A stretch of 63,489 bases of DNA, the filler included, from Actinomycetota bacterium (GTDB lineage: Bacteria > Actinomycetota > CADDZG01 > JAHWKV01 > JAOPZY01), in NCBI GenBank assembly GCA_025963875.1. It is 4 parts of 4 records of this genome, joined end to end, with 100 filler letters (N's around TTAATTAATTAA, not from the genome) between each part and the next. Parts side by side here need not be neighbours in the genome. Positions count along the whole stretch, not along the records: positions 28,705 to 44,381 come from JAOPZY010000068.1; 3 more parts are not named here. One strand, written 5' to 3'. Both the position numbers and the translations under genes were made by a program. The notes below the pieces were generated by a model. That model was not told the origin of the DNA, searched no databases, and saw only the letters and a program-made list of their open reading frames with translations. Of the stretch, positions 29,490 to 39,513 are shown one piece after another. Every line of letters begins with the position of its first letter. Within the stretch, counting starts at the first letter, position 1.

Positions 29490-30812
29490 CTAGAAGCCCG
29501 TCACCGGGCCGCCGCAGGTCTGGGGCACGAACGTCGCCGGGGCGGGGATCTCGGCGTCCGCCGTGTCGTTGACGTCCTGGAAGTCGAGCACCTCCACCAG
29601 GTTCCTGGCGTTGCGGTCACGCGTGGTCAGTGGCTCGAGGCCCCAGCGCCACTCGATCATCTTGAGGATGGAGGTGTGCTCGTACGGGCCGCCGTGCACC
29701 ACGCGACCGGGCGAGAAGGGCGAGACCACGACCGTCGGGACCCGGAAGCCGAGCTGGCGATAATCGGGCACCAGCCCCGGAGGCTCGCTGCAGGTTCCTG
29801 CGTTGTTGCAGGTGTGGTCGACCGAGGCGGGGTCGGTGTCGTCGGCGACCTTCGGTGGGGGAACGTGATCGAAGAAGCCACCCCACTCGTCGTAGGTCAC
29901 CACGAGGATGGTGCGGTCCCACTGCGGGCTCGTGCGCACGGCATGGAAGACGGAGGCGATGAAGTTGTCGCCCACGCGTACGTCGGCGAAGGGGTGCTCG
30001 TCGGACTCCGGGCCGCCGATGTTGCTGAACTTGGGGTCCACGAACGCCACGTTCGGGAGCGTGCCGGCGGCGGCGTCGGCGAGGAACCGGGGGAACGGCG
30101 CCACGATCGGCAGGTACTTCGTGCCCCAGAGACCGAGAAAGGGAAGGTCGTTGTAGTAGTAGCGACCGCTGAGGCCTGCGGCCGCAACGCGATCCCAGAT
30201 CGTGGGCATCGTGGCGGTCTTGAAGGGAGGCTTGCCGAAGCCCGGAGGGTTGAGGTTGTGGTCCCGATCCGTCTGCGCGGCGTGCATGTAGAGCCGGTTG
30301 GGGAAGGTCTCGGCCATGATGGCGGCGAAGTAGCCGTCGAGGGCTGTGTACTCACGGGCGAGGGCGCCGAGGACGGGGACGGCCTCCTCGGTGTAGTAGC
30401 CGATGGGGTAGACGTCGTCGACCTTGCGGCCGGGCGGGGTCTTCAGCCAGCCGTCGTTGCGACCGCCGTCGAACTCGACGAGCCCTCCGTACCAGGAGTG
30501 GTCGGGGTCGGTGTTGCCGCAGCCGGTGAAGTCGGAGCCCAGGTCGTGCGTCGGATGGTTGTGACCGTCCAGATCCCGGTAGCGGAGACCCTCCTGCCGC
30601 CCGTCGGCGCCGGGCAGCCATCCGAGCAGATGGTCGAAAGAGCGGTTCTCCATCATGAGGACGACGACGGTGTCGAACGGGGCGTGCTGCGGCATGACTG
30701 GCTGGGCATGCCGCCCTTGGGAGGCCCGGGATTTGACCAGCTCCCAGGGTTGCAGGGCGACGACGCCGGCGGCGATGGCGGTGCGGGCAAGGAATGTCCG
30801 GCGCGTGAGCAT
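29490..30812 (-). CDS. Tat-exported phosphoesterase (phospholipase C/acid phosphatase family)
   Basis: RRTFL Tat motif; VVVLMMENRSFDH, TFPNR, DEHP, TYDEWGGFFDHV, GFRVP, YEHTSI. Confidence 0.92.
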   Translation of the reverse strand: MLTRRTFLARTAIAAGVVALQPWELVKSRASQGRHAQPVMPQHAPFDTVVVLMMENRSFDHLLGWLPGADGRQEGLRYRDLDGHNHPTHDLGSDFTGCGNTDPDHSWYGGLVEFDGGRNDGWLKTPPGRKVDDVYPIGYYTEEAVPVLGALAREYTALDGYFAAIMAETFPNRLYMHAAQTDRDHNLNPPGFGKPPFKTATMPTIWDRVAAAGLSGRYYYNDLPFLGLWGTKYLPIVAPFPRFLADAAAGTLPNVAFVDPKFSNIGGPESDEHPFADVRVGDNFIASVFHAVRTSPQWDRTILVVTYDEWGGFFDHVPPPKVADDTDPASVDHTCNNAGTCSEPPGLVPDYRQLGFRVPTVVVSPFSPGRVVHGGPYEHTSILKMIEWRWGLEPLTTRDRNARNLVEVLDFQDVNDTADAEIPAPATFVPQTCGGPVTGF

Positions 30813-30956
30813 TCGCACGTCCTTTTCCTGGAGCGGGAGCGTCGTCGGCTCCCGTGCGTTGCGATGGTACGGGGAGGTCGGGAGAGCCACAAGACCCTCG
30901 CAGGAGAAACGGAAAAGTTCATATTCCTGCGCTCCCGAGTGCCACGGCGACTGGGC

Positions 30957-32162
30957 TCACGGCATTGGCCGCCGAGACCTGCGGAGAAGGGCCGCACAAG
31001 CCAGCGTGCCGATGAGCCCACCGCACCCCACGATCACCAAGCTCGTGCGCGGCGAGGTTGCATGCAGCACCGGCCCGCCCACGAGATAGCCAAGGGCCGC
31101 TGCCACGGCAACTCCGCCGTAGATGTTCGAAAGCACGCGGCCGAGTAGCTGCGGCGGCACCGCCCGCTGGATGTGGGTTGCAACATGGCTGTCGGCCAGC
31201 GGAATGGCCAGGCCCCGGATCATCTGGGCAGCGAAGGCTGCCGCGAGCCAGGGCGCGGCGGCGGTGAAGAGATTGCCGGTTGCCATCACGGCGAACCCGG
31301 CAACAATCGCCGTGGTCGCTCCCAGCCGCCTACCGAGCGGGCCGACAAGGGGCAGGCCCACCAGCAACCCGACGGACGCAGCGGCCAGGAGCACCCCCAC
31401 CCCGACCGGTCCGCTTCGGAATGTCGTCCTGGCAAGGAAGGGAAGGATGAGGTCGTCGGGAGCGGTGAAGAAGACCACGACCCAGAAGCCCGCCGCGATG
31501 GCCAGCAGCGACGGCGTCCGGGCGACGAAGGAGAGTCCCCGCCGGACATCACGCAGGAACGTGGGAGCCGAGCTCAGGTGAGCCTCCGGCGCCGACCTTG
31601 CTGCGGGCAGGCCAAGCACAAGAGGGACCGCCAGCAGGAAGGTGACGGCGTCGACGCCGAGCACCAGCCGTGCGCCCGATGTGGCGAAGATGAGCCCGGC
31701 CAGCGGCGGCCCAAGGACGGCCCCGAGCTCGCGCATCCCGCCTCGCAGCGTGTTGGCCGCAACGAGGTCTTCGTCGGCCACGACGAACGGGATGCATCGG
31801 CCGACCGCCGCCCCGAGGGGCGTGTCCACGAGCGCGAGGAGGAACACGATGGCGAGCAGCGGTCCCAGCGACGGCAGGCGGAGGGAGAGGATGCCGGCAA
31901 GCACGGCCTGGACCAGCAGTCCGGCGCCGAGGAGCCGGGCCGGTCGAACGCGATCGGCGATGGCGCCCGCGAACGGGGCTGCAACCGGTGGGATGGCCTG
32001 GGCGAACAACAGCAGGCCGACCGACGTCGGAGTCCCGAGGGTCTGCTGCAGGTGCAGGATCAACGCCGTCGTGGCCATGGCGTCGCCCAGCGGGCTGATG
32101 GTCTGGGCAGCGAGCAGGCGGGCGTAGCCGGGTGAGCGCCCTATAGGACCCAATCCGCCCAT
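30957..32162 (-). CDS. MFS transporter
   Basis: About 12 hydrophobic segments; motif A-like GAIADRVRPARLL. Confidence 0.88.
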   Translation of the reverse strand: MGGLGPIGRSPGYARLLAAQTISPLGDAMATTALILHLQQTLGTPTSVGLLLFAQAIPPVAAPFAGAIADRVRPARLLGAGLLVQAVLAGILSLRLPSLGPLLAIVFLLALVDTPLGAAVGRCIPFVVADEDLVAANTLRGGMRELGAVLGPPLAGLIFATSGARLVLGVDAVTFLLAVPLVLGLPAARSAPEAHLSSAPTFLRDVRRGLSFVARTPSLLAIAAGFWVVVFFTAPDDLILPFLARTTFRSGPVGVGVLLAAASVGLLVGLPLVGPLGRRLGATTAIVAGFAVMATGNLFTAAAPWLAAAFAAQMIRGLAIPLADSHVATHIQRAVPPQLLGRVLSNIYGGVAVAAALGYLVGGPVLHATSPRTSLVIVGCGGLIGTLACAALLRRSRRPMP

Positions 32163-32230
32163 GGCGGCATGCTCGCACAGGCCCTGGGGTTGCTCGGGAC
32201 GCCGCCGCATCGCCGCGGCAGACTGGCGGC

Positions 32231-33052
32231 ATGGGCGAGAACTCGAAGAGAACCGTCGCGGGACTGCTGTCCGTGGGCCACGAGGCGATTGGCCTTGCCG
32301 CCGCGCTGATCCGGACACGGCGCCCCGCCACCGTCCGTGCCAAGGCCGACCGGGACCCGGTCACCGATGTCGACCTCGCGGTCGAGCGCACCGTCCGGGA
32401 CCTGCTGGCCAGGAAGACGCCGGGTATCGACTTCCTGGGGGAGGAAGAGGGCCGCAGTGGGACCAACGGCAGGCCCGTGCGGACGTGGGCCTTCGATCCC
32501 ATCGACGGCACGGTCAACTATGCGGCGGGCAGCCCGCTCTGCGCCGTGTCCCTCGCCCTCCTCGAAGACGGCCAGCCCCTCCTCGGTGTCGTCGACCTCC
32601 CATTCCTCGGCGAGCGGTACTGGGCCGCTGCCGGCGGGGGCGCGTTCGTCAACGACCATCCCATCCATGTCCCCGACACCGCCGGGACGATCAACGAAGC
32701 CATCGTGGCCCTCGGTGACTTCGCCACCGGCCTGGACGCCGGCGAGCAGAACGACCTCCAGATCCGCCTTGCCCGCCTCCTTGCCGGGCGAGCCCTCCGA
32801 CTCCGGATGCTCGGCTCCGCCGCCATCGATCTCGCCTGGTTGGCGTCCGGACGGCACCACGCCAGCGTCACGCTCTGCAACCGACCCTGGGACATGGCGG
32901 CCGGTGTGGTCATCGCCCGGGAAGCCGGTGCCACTGTCGCCGATCTCGACGGGTCCGCGTACTCACTGGAGTCGCGGTCGGTCATCGCTGCTGCCGGCCG
33001 GCTCGGACCAGAGCTCCTGGCCACCGTCGAGGAGGCCCAAGGAAGGGCATGA
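32231..33052 (+). CDS. Inositol monophosphatase family protein
   Basis: FLGEEEG, FDPIDGTVNY, RMLGSAA, PWDMAAG. Confidence 0.92.
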   Translation: MGENSKRTVAGLLSVGHEAIGLAAALIRTRRPATVRAKADRDPVTDVDLAVERTVRDLLARKTPGIDFLGEEEGRSGTNGRPVRTWAFDPIDGTVNYAAGSPLCAVSLALLEDGQPLLGVVDLPFLGERYWAAAGGGAFVNDHPIHVPDTAGTINEAIVALGDFATGLDAGEQNDLQIRLARLLAGRALRLRMLGSAAIDLAWLASGRHHASVTLCNRPWDMAAGVVIAREAGATVADLDGSAYSLESRSVIAAAGRLGPELLATVEEAQGRA

Positions 33053-33905
33053 GCCACTACAGCCCCGCGTGCCACACGCCGGTGGAGCGGGCGGCGCTGG
33101 TCAACTGGTGGGAGGGCGTCACCTTCCTCCCCTGGCAGGTGCTGTTCCGCGTGCGCGTCCGCCCTCCTCGGCCTCCCGCCGGTGCTGGTCGGCAGGTCTA
33201 GCCAAGGCCAAGCAGAAGAACCGAGGTAGAAATCACGCGTCGACGGGCTGTCGCGAAATTCCACCCCAGGCCTGCGAGGCCGCATACGGGTGTTTTTACG
33301 ACCCGAATCACTGCGTCTCTGACCAACCTTCGGCCTCATCGCAGCGCGTAGGAGCCTTCGTCTGATGTTTGCGCCAAACTGGCCTCAGAGCCTCCCTGTT
33401 CCACCCGCACCCCGGGGCGCGCCATGCCTCGCGGGCGTTCGGCAGCTCGATCGGGGGGGACGAACCAGGACAACGGCCCCTGGCCCGAAGTTGGGAGCGT
33501 ATCGCGCGCATACGCGCTCTAGGCTCCCAACCTCCTCCGCCCCCCTGGGTGGCGCGGAGCTCCCGAGAAGCCATACTCCCGACTCGCCATTTTGCGACAG
33601 GCTCTCGAGCGCGTGATTCCTCCCTCACCTGGCCTACCGCCGGCGGTACTACTGGTCGAAGATGTCGATCATCCGGTCCGGGCCCACCATCAGTACCCCA
33701 CACACAGGTGCTGGCCCGGCCCCCGGGGCGCCATGACTGATGCCGGCATCGAGATCGGCGAGCCGCCCACCGGCACACCGGGCGAGCTTGGCGACCTCGA
33801 TCACTTCCTGACTGCACGACGAGTTGGTCCCAGCGAGCGGCCTTCCTCCCCCGAACCGGGAGCCGATTGCCCACTACGCCCCCTCGGTCGAGATCCGCAT
33901 TCGGC
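33049..33905 (+). pseudogene. Fragmented DUF2071/YqjF-family gene
   Basis: N-terminal piece 33049-33201 PVERAALVNWWEGVTFLPW; later pieces WPGPRGA..IEIGEP..ELGDLDHFLTAR and, in another frame, DELVPASGLPPP..EPIAHYAPSVEIRI; middle replaced by unrelated DNA. Confidence 0.7.
33478..33536. repeat. REP-like palindromic element, copy 2
   Basis: CCCTGGCCCGAAGTTGGGAGC-N24-GCTCCCAACCTCCT; homologous to 20882-20940. Confidence 0.85.
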
Positions 33906-34096
33906 TGGCCATCGAGGGTGCCAGGCTGACGCAATCCGCGGAGCCCCCCTCGGCGGCTACCACCGGTATCCCGAAGCGTATTATCCCTTCAAGGGTGTCG
34001 AGCGGGGTGTCGAGCGGCGAGAACGGCTCCTGCGACGGGCGGCAGCAGACGGGCGGCGTCGGTCGAGTTGGCCGGCCGATGAGAAGGAGGCCGAGC

Positions 34097-34681
34097 ATGG
34101 GCACACCACCTGACGATCCGCCGGGGGGCGGGTTCCCGCCTCCTCCGGACAGCGGCGGGTCCTACCCTCCACCCCCCGGTCCTCCACCCCTTGGCGGCGC
34201 CTACCCCCCACCACCGGGCGGGGGGTACATCCCGCCTCCCCCCGGCGGCTACCCGCCACCGCCCCCCGGCAGCTGGGGCGGCCCCGGCGGTTACGGCCCG
34301 CCGCCTCCCGGCTACGGGCCCCAGCAGACCAACGGCCTTGCCGTAGCCTCGCTCGTCCTCGGCATCATCGCCGTCATCTCGTTCTTCTTCTTCGTCGGGG
34401 GCATCATCGGCATCGTGGCCCTGGTGCTCGGCATCGTGGCCATCCAGCGGGCTCGGAAGGGGCAGGCCGGCGGCAAAAGCATGGCCATCGCCGGCACGAT
34501 CCTCGGGGGCACGGCCATCGTGATCACCGCCATCTACGCGATCGCCGTCGGCACGTTCTTCGCCAAGTTCGGCTCCCAGTTCTCCAATTACCAGGACTGT
34601 CTCAGACACGCCACGAGCTCCCAGGAGGTACGGGACTGCCAGACCCGCTTCCGGAACGACCTCCTGTCCCCCTCGCCATAG
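34097..34681 (+). CDS. DUF4190 membrane protein with Pro/Gly/Tyr-rich N-terminus
   Basis: RBS AGGAGG; GYPPPP repeats; TNGLAVASLVLGI...GKSMAIAGTILG. Confidence 0.88.
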   Translation: MGTPPDDPPGGGFPPPPDSGGSYPPPPGPPPLGGAYPPPPGGGYIPPPPGGYPPPPPGSWGGPGGYGPPPPGYGPQQTNGLAVASLVLGIIAVISFFFFVGGIIGIVALVLGIVAIQRARKGQAGGKSMAIAGTILGGTAIVITAIYAIAVGTFFAKFGSQFSNYQDCLRHATSSQEVRDCQTRFRNDLLSPSP

Positions 34682-34712
34682 GGGCCCGCGTCGCCGAGAC
34701 CTGCTCCAGCAG

Positions 34713-35516
34713 TCACCGGCTGTCCCGGCTCACGGCTCGCCGGCCGGGCCTTGGCGGGACGACGACGAGTGTCCCGTCGCTGTCCACCACCGTCACCGGT
34801 GTCCCGTAACAGCGCTCCAACAGCTCGGGCACGAGGACCTCGCTCGCCATCCCGTCGGCGACCACGACGCCGCCGTTGAGCAGGAGGAAATGCTCGGCGT
34901 ACTGGCCGGCGAGGGTGAGGTCGTGCAGCGCCGAGATCACGGTCAGCGACCGGGCCAGCCGGAGCTCGTCCACCAGGGTCAGGACCTCGTGCTGGTGGCC
35001 GAGGTCGAGGGCGGTGGTCGGCTCGTCGAGGAGTAGCAGGGAGGGCTCCTGCGCCAGCGCCCTGGCGATGACCGCCCGCTGGCGTTCGCCCCCGGACAGG
35101 GTGGAGATCGGCCGCCGTGCCAGCGCCTCCAGGCCGAGGTGGTCCATCAGGCCGCCGACCACCCGCTTGTCCGCCACGCCCTCGAAGCCGAACAGCGTGA
35201 TGTGGGGCGTCCGCCCGAGCAGCACGTAGTCGGCCACCGACATCCCGTCCGGGAAGACCGGGTGCTGCGGCACGACGGCGACGGTCTGGGCCCGGCGGCG
35301 GGCGGTGAGCCCTCCGAGGTCGCGTCCCTCCAGCCGGATCGAGCCTTCGTAGCCGACGCTGCCGGCGAGGCAGCGCAGCATCGTGGTCTTGCCCGCCCCG
35401 TTGGGGCCGATGACCGCCAGCCACTGGCCGCCGCCCACATCGACGTCGACCCGGTCCAGGATGGTGGCCCCGTCGATGGCCACCGTCAGGCCGCGGATGC
35501 TCAGGGCGCCGGTCAC
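34713..35516 (-). CDS. Cobalamin/iron-chelate ABC transporter ATP-binding subunit (BtuD-like)
   Basis: GPNGAGKT, LSGGERQR, LLLDEPT, LHDL; GTGA overlap with permease stop. Confidence 0.92.
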   Translation of the reverse strand: MTGALSIRGLTVAIDGATILDRVDVDVGGGQWLAVIGPNGAGKTTMLRCLAGSVGYEGSIRLEGRDLGGLTARRRAQTVAVVPQHPVFPDGMSVADYVLLGRTPHITLFGFEGVADKRVVGGLMDHLGLEALARRPISTLSGGERQRAVIARALAQEPSLLLLDEPTTALDLGHQHEVLTLVDELRLARSLTVISALHDLTLAGQYAEHFLLLNGGVVVADGMASEVLVPELLERCYGTPVTVVDSDGTLVVVPPRPGRRAVSRDSR

Positions 35517-36625
35517 TGCCGGGGCACCCGCCGGGCTAGGAGCGCCAGGAAAAAGGGCGCCCCCACGAGGGCCGTGATGACGCCGATGGGCACCTCGCCG
35601 GGGGCGATCACTGTCCGGGCGAACAGGTCGGCCACCACGAGGAAGGCGCCGCCTGCCACCAGCGAGAGGGGGATCACCGCCCGGTTGGCGGTGCCGACGA
35701 GGAGGCGGACCGTGTGCGGGACGATGATGCCGACGAAGCCGATCAGGCCACTGACCGACACTGCGGCCGCCGTGGCGAGTGAGGCGGCGATGACCACGGT
35801 CATCCGGATTCGGTTGACGGGCAGCCCCAGGCTGGCGGCTTCCTCGTCGCCGACAGCGAGGACGTCGAGGGCCCGCCGGTGCAGCATCAGCGCAACCGTG
35901 GCGACGACCGCCCACGGCAGCATCAGCTCGACGTCGTGCCAACCGGCGGTGGACAGCCGCCCCAGGATCCAGGAGTACACAATCCGCAGGCTGGCGTCGG
36001 CCCGCTGCTGGAAGTAGGTCTGGAGCGCGGTGAACAGGCTTGTCACGGCGACGCCGGCGAGGATCAGCGAGGCGGTCGATCGGATGCGGTTCCGGCCACG
36101 ACCGAGCAGCCATGTCGCCGCCACGGCGACGAGAGCCCCGGCGAAGGCAGCCGCCTGGACCGGCCCGACCGGCCCGATCCCGCCCTGGATGTCCAGGGTG
36201 ATCACCAGGGTCGCCCCGAGGCCCGCACCGGCGGCGGCGCCGAGAAGGTAGGGGTCTGCCAGGGGGTTGCGGAAGACGCCCTGGTAGGCGCTGCCCGCCA
36301 GGCTCAGCATCGACCCGACGAGCAGGCCCAGCACGACCCTCGGCAGCCGGATCTGCCAGAGGATCGCCGACTGGGTGGCGGAGAGGCCCGATCGTGTGTG
36401 CACGACGGGCAGCCGCCCGAGCACCTCCAGTGCGATGGCCCTGGGAGGAAGCGGCACCGGGCCGATCAGCACACCGGCCGTCACCGCCCCCACCAGCACG
36501 GCAAGCACGCAGGCCCACCCGACGACCGGCGGCCGGCCCCGAACCTGCCCCCACCGGCGAACCCCGGCCGGCGCGCCCACAGGGGCAGCCGGGACCTTGG
36601 GCCGGTGGACCGCAGGCGTGCCCAC
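35513..36625 (-). CDS. Cobalamin/iron-chelate ABC permease (BtuC/FecCD)
   Basis: IRLPRV, FRNPLADPYLLG, GDEEAASLG, GLIGFVGIIVPH, IGVITALVGAPFF. Start approximate. Confidence 0.92.
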   Translation of the reverse strand: MGTPAVHRPKVPAAPVGAPAGVRRWGQVRGRPPVVGWACVLAVLVGAVTAGVLIGPVPLPPRAIALEVLGRLPVVHTRSGLSATQSAILWQIRLPRVVLGLLVGSMLSLAGSAYQGVFRNPLADPYLLGAAAGAGLGATLVITLDIQGGIGPVGPVQAAAFAGALVAVAATWLLGRGRNRIRSTASLILAGVAVTSLFTALQTYFQQRADASLRIVYSWILGRLSTAGWHDVELMLPWAVVATVALMLHRRALDVLAVGDEEAASLGLPVNRIRMTVVIAASLATAAAVSVSGLIGFVGIIVPHTVRLLVGTANRAVIPLSLVAGGAFLVVADLFARTVIAPGEVPIGVITALVGAPFFLALLARRVPRQ

Positions 36626-36627
36626 GC

Positions 36628-37572
36628 TCAGGAGGCCGGGACGGATCGGTCGGCGTCGACGATCTTCGAGAGCAGGTCCGTCACCCGGGGGCCCCACCGC
36701 GAGGCGATGTCGTCGTCGAGGGCGACCACCCGCCCGTTCTTCACGGCGGCGATCGTCGAGTACCCGGGCCGGGCCGACACGGTGGCGGCGCTCTGGCCAC
36801 AGCACTTGGTGTCGGCCAGGAAGATGAGGTCGGGGTTGTTGGACAGCAGCGTCTCGGCGTTGAGCTGGGGGTAGTCGGTCGAGGAGCCCGCCCGGTCGGC
36901 GATGTCGACCATGCCGGCCGCCGTGAACAGGTTGCCGACGAAGGTGTGCGAGGTGACGGTGAACAGGGTCTGATCGAGTTCGTAGTAATAGGTCAGCGGC
37001 TTGGCCCGCTTCGGCAGCTTGGCGAGGAGGCCCGTCACCTTGCCCTTCATGGTCTGGACGAGTCCGGCTGCCTCGGAGGTGTGGCCGCTCGCAGCGCCGA
37101 GCTGCGTGATCTCGGCGTAGGAACCGTCGAGGTTGCTCGGCGCCGGGTCGAGCAGCGTCGGGATGCTGAGAGCCTTGAGCTGACCCACCAGGCCCTTGAC
37201 GTCGTCGCTCACCACGACGAGGTCGGGGCGGTACCCGGCAATGGCCTCGACGTTAGGCGTGAAACCCGACAGGCTGGTCTTCGGGACCCCCGTGGGGTAG
37301 TTGGACTGGTCGTCGACTGCCACAACCTGCGGCCCGGCCCCGATGGCGAACAGGTCCTCGGTCAGGCTTGCCGACAGGGAGACGATCCGTGACGGCCGTG
37401 CCGGCAGCGTGACCGGGCCGTTGGTGGCCTGGAGCGTGGCAGGGAAGGTTGCGGACGCCACCGGGCTTGGCGACGGCGTCGCCTTGACCGCCTTCGACGA
37501 GGAACATCCGCCGAGCGCGGCTGCGGGGACGACGGCGGCCAGGACAGCGAAGGACCAGACCCGAACTCTCAC
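36628..37572 (-). CDS. Cobalamin-binding lipoprotein (BtuF-like)
   Basis: RBS AGGAGG + GTG; lipobox LGGC; RIVSLS..TEDLFAIGAG, PDLV, SRWGPR; downstream of cobalamin riboswitch. Confidence 0.9.
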   Translation of the reverse strand: MRVRVWSFAVLAAVVPAAALGGCSSSKAVKATPSPSPVASATFPATLQATNGPVTLPARPSRIVSLSASLTEDLFAIGAGPQVVAVDDQSNYPTGVPKTSLSGFTPNVEAIAGYRPDLVVVSDDVKGLVGQLKALSIPTLLDPAPSNLDGSYAEITQLGAASGHTSEAAGLVQTMKGKVTGLLAKLPKRAKPLTYYYELDQTLFTVTSHTFVGNLFTAAGMVDIADRAGSSTDYPQLNAETLLSNNPDLIFLADTKCCGQSAATVSARPGYSTIAAVKNGRVVALDDDIASRWGPRVTDLLSKIVDADRSVPAS

Positions 37573-37667
37573 ACTGCACCTCCTGTCGGTCGAAGAGCGG
37601 CCTCGGTCGACAGGAGGCGGTTGGCCTTCTGACACGAGAACCCCTTCCTCGAGGGCGTTCGTGGTCC

Positions 37668-37760
37668 TTTCCGGCAGGCGACCTGGCTCGGTCCGCGATG
37701 AGGGACCTCACAGTTGCGGGACAGCGCCGGAATCGCACCGGCTTCGCTGCCGTAAAGGCT
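37668..37760 (-). ncRNA. Cobalamin riboswitch (compact form)
   Basis: Minus strand GAAGCCGGTGCGATTCCGGCGCTGTCCCGCAACTGTGA...GAGCCAGGTCGCCTGCCG with B12-box elements, upstream of a Btu-like operon. Confidence 0.9.
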
Positions 37761-37889
37761 GGCGTGAGTTTAGTACCGCCGGGCGGGCCGGGCTAGCGCC
37801 CCCGTTGGGGAGGCGCCGTGGGCCCGGAGTGCGGCCGGCGGTAGGCTAGAATCTGGCCCGAAGGAGCGGCCCAGCCGCTCCTTTTGAAT

Positions 37890-37960
37890 GGCGGCGTGGC
37901 CGAGTGGTTAGGCAGCGGTCTGCAAAACCGCGCACGGCAGTTCAATTCTGCCCGCCGCCT
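37890..37960 (+). tRNA. tRNA-Cys (GCA)
   Basis: Acceptor GGCGGCG/CGCCGCC + U73; anticodon loop CTGCAAA; T-loop TTCAATT; no encoded CCA; TAGAAT -10 at 37847-52. Confidence 0.95.
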
Positions 37961-38175
37961 CTTCTTCTTTCCTTGGGGTGTTCCCGAAAGGGAGCGTCCA
38001 GTGTTCATGAAAGTCCCGGGCGGGGGCCCCGTTGGGCATCTCCAGGGCTGATGAGGCCTTCCGATTGCCTCCTTACAGCGTCCTTCGGGCCTCGGGCTCT
38101 GCTCCTTCGCCCACCCAGAACGCGCTGAAGCCGGCCCTGGTTCTTGGCCGGCTAGTTGCTCGGGATGGCGGTGGG

Positions 38176-38610
38176 CTACGTCGGTGGGGGAGTCTGGCTG
38201 CTTTCGACGATCTCGGACCACACGCCCGAGCGTCGACGTGGCTTGGGCTTGTCGACGGCCTGTCCATCGGCGTCCAGGCCATGCTTGGCCTTTGTTCGAT
38301 CGAACACGGTCGAGGTTGTACGCAGCAAGCGTGAAGCCGAGAGCACCGTCGTTTTGACCAGCCCCATGACCCGGAAGAATCCTCGGTTGAGATTGGCGAA
38401 GGCGCCTTGAGGGCGGAGTTCGCCGACCCCACCACCTGCCGCCGGGCATGCTGATTCGCCAAGCCGTGGTCCCGAACGTGATCGACTGTCACCGGGCAGC
38501 TCGGCCGGCATCACCGTAAGGATCCCCGCTGTCCGCGACCGACGCATCGTCTTGGGGAACGATCGGCTCCGCAACAGCCCCGAGCAGAACGGGCGGCGCC
38601 ACCTCGTTGC
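38176..38610 (-). pseudogene. Decayed DDE (IS4/IS5-superfamily) transposase C-terminus
   Basis: Frameshifted pieces RWRRPFCSGLLRSRSFPKTMRR / HARRQVVGSANSALK (degenerate Y-x2-R-x3-E-x6-K) / GAFANLNRGFFRVMGLVKTTVL / LGFTLAAYNLDRVRS / ..SQTPPPT*. Confidence 0.75.
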
Positions 38611-38754
38611 TCCATGACCTCCAGGCCAGGCAGAATTCAGGGCCAGCCCTGATGACCTTGGGATCCCGGGGATCTAGCGTTTGCGGAGCAACGACCTGCC
38701 ACACGAAGGCGGGCGCGAAACGATCCGTCCCCCGACGGGAGGAATCGCAACACC

Positions 38755-39513
38755 ATGTATGCAAGAGGCTGGCCAGGCCCGGCGGCGGCCCTCGTCGCGG
38801 CGATGATCATCTTGGGTGGGTGCTCGGGCGGCAGCCCGGACGCCCGGACGTCCCCATCCACGGTCGCTGCGACCCAGAGCACGGCCCTGGGTGTCGTCGT
38901 CTGTCCCACGACGTTCGGCATCACCAGTCCCTCACTTCCCCGGCTGCCGACCCAGTTGCGCACGAGCGTGCCCGCCGCCCTGGCCGGGCGGCTCTCCGCT
39001 TACACCGATCAAGCGGGCACCGTGTTCACCGTCGCCCCCCAGGGGTGGCAATGTGCAGGGGCGGTCGCCGCCGACGGGAGCTCGTCGGTGATGGTCGTGC
39101 CGCCCGGGGCATCCACCCAGCCCTTCCCCCGGGGCTTCACCGTCGATGGCAGGGAGGGCGTTGCCACTTCAGGGACGAGCGCCTGTCGCGGGTGTACCTA
39201 CGACCTCGTCTGCCCCCTCCTGGCCGACGCCGCAGATGCCCCCCTCTATCCTCCCTGTTCGCACGTCCCCCCGCCGGCCGAGTCCGTCACCCACCCGTCC
39301 GCCACTGCGGTGGGCTTCCAGGACCCGCCCGGCGTCGCCGGAGACGGGGCACCCTCCGGGGGAGCGTATCCCGCCAACGGCGTGATCGTCTTCCATCCCC
39401 CCACTCCCAACCCCGACGCCGAGACCGGATTCATCGAGACGTGCACCCTGCCAGAAGCGGACCACGCCCTCTGCACAGCTGCGCTGAACGACTTTCTCCG
39501 TCGTTATGAGTAG
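38755..39513 (+). CDS. Cys-rich putative lipoprotein (cargo)
   Basis: RBS GGAGG; lipobox ILGGC; several Cys; VAPQGWQCAGAVAADGS. Confidence 0.72.
   Translation: MYARGWPGPAAALVAAMIILGGCSGGSPDARTSPSTVAATQSTALGVVVCPTTFGITSPSLPRLPTQLRTSVPAALAGRLSAYTDQAGTVFTVAPQGWQCAGAVAADGSSSVMVVPPGASTQPFPRGFTVDGREGVATSGTSACRGCTYDLVCPLLADAADAPLYPPCSHVPPPAESVTHPSATAVGFQDPPGVAGDGAPSGGAYPANGVIVFHPPTPNPDAETGFIETCTLPEADHALCTAALNDFLRRYE

Noticed and set aside
33993..34017. GGGTGTCGAGCG tandem duplication / weak sigma28-like promoter
   Set aside because: Two copies only and a poor match to the -10 consensus.
34120..34320. C-rich repetitive DNA
   Set aside because: Explained by GYPPPP repeats of the DUF4190 protein.
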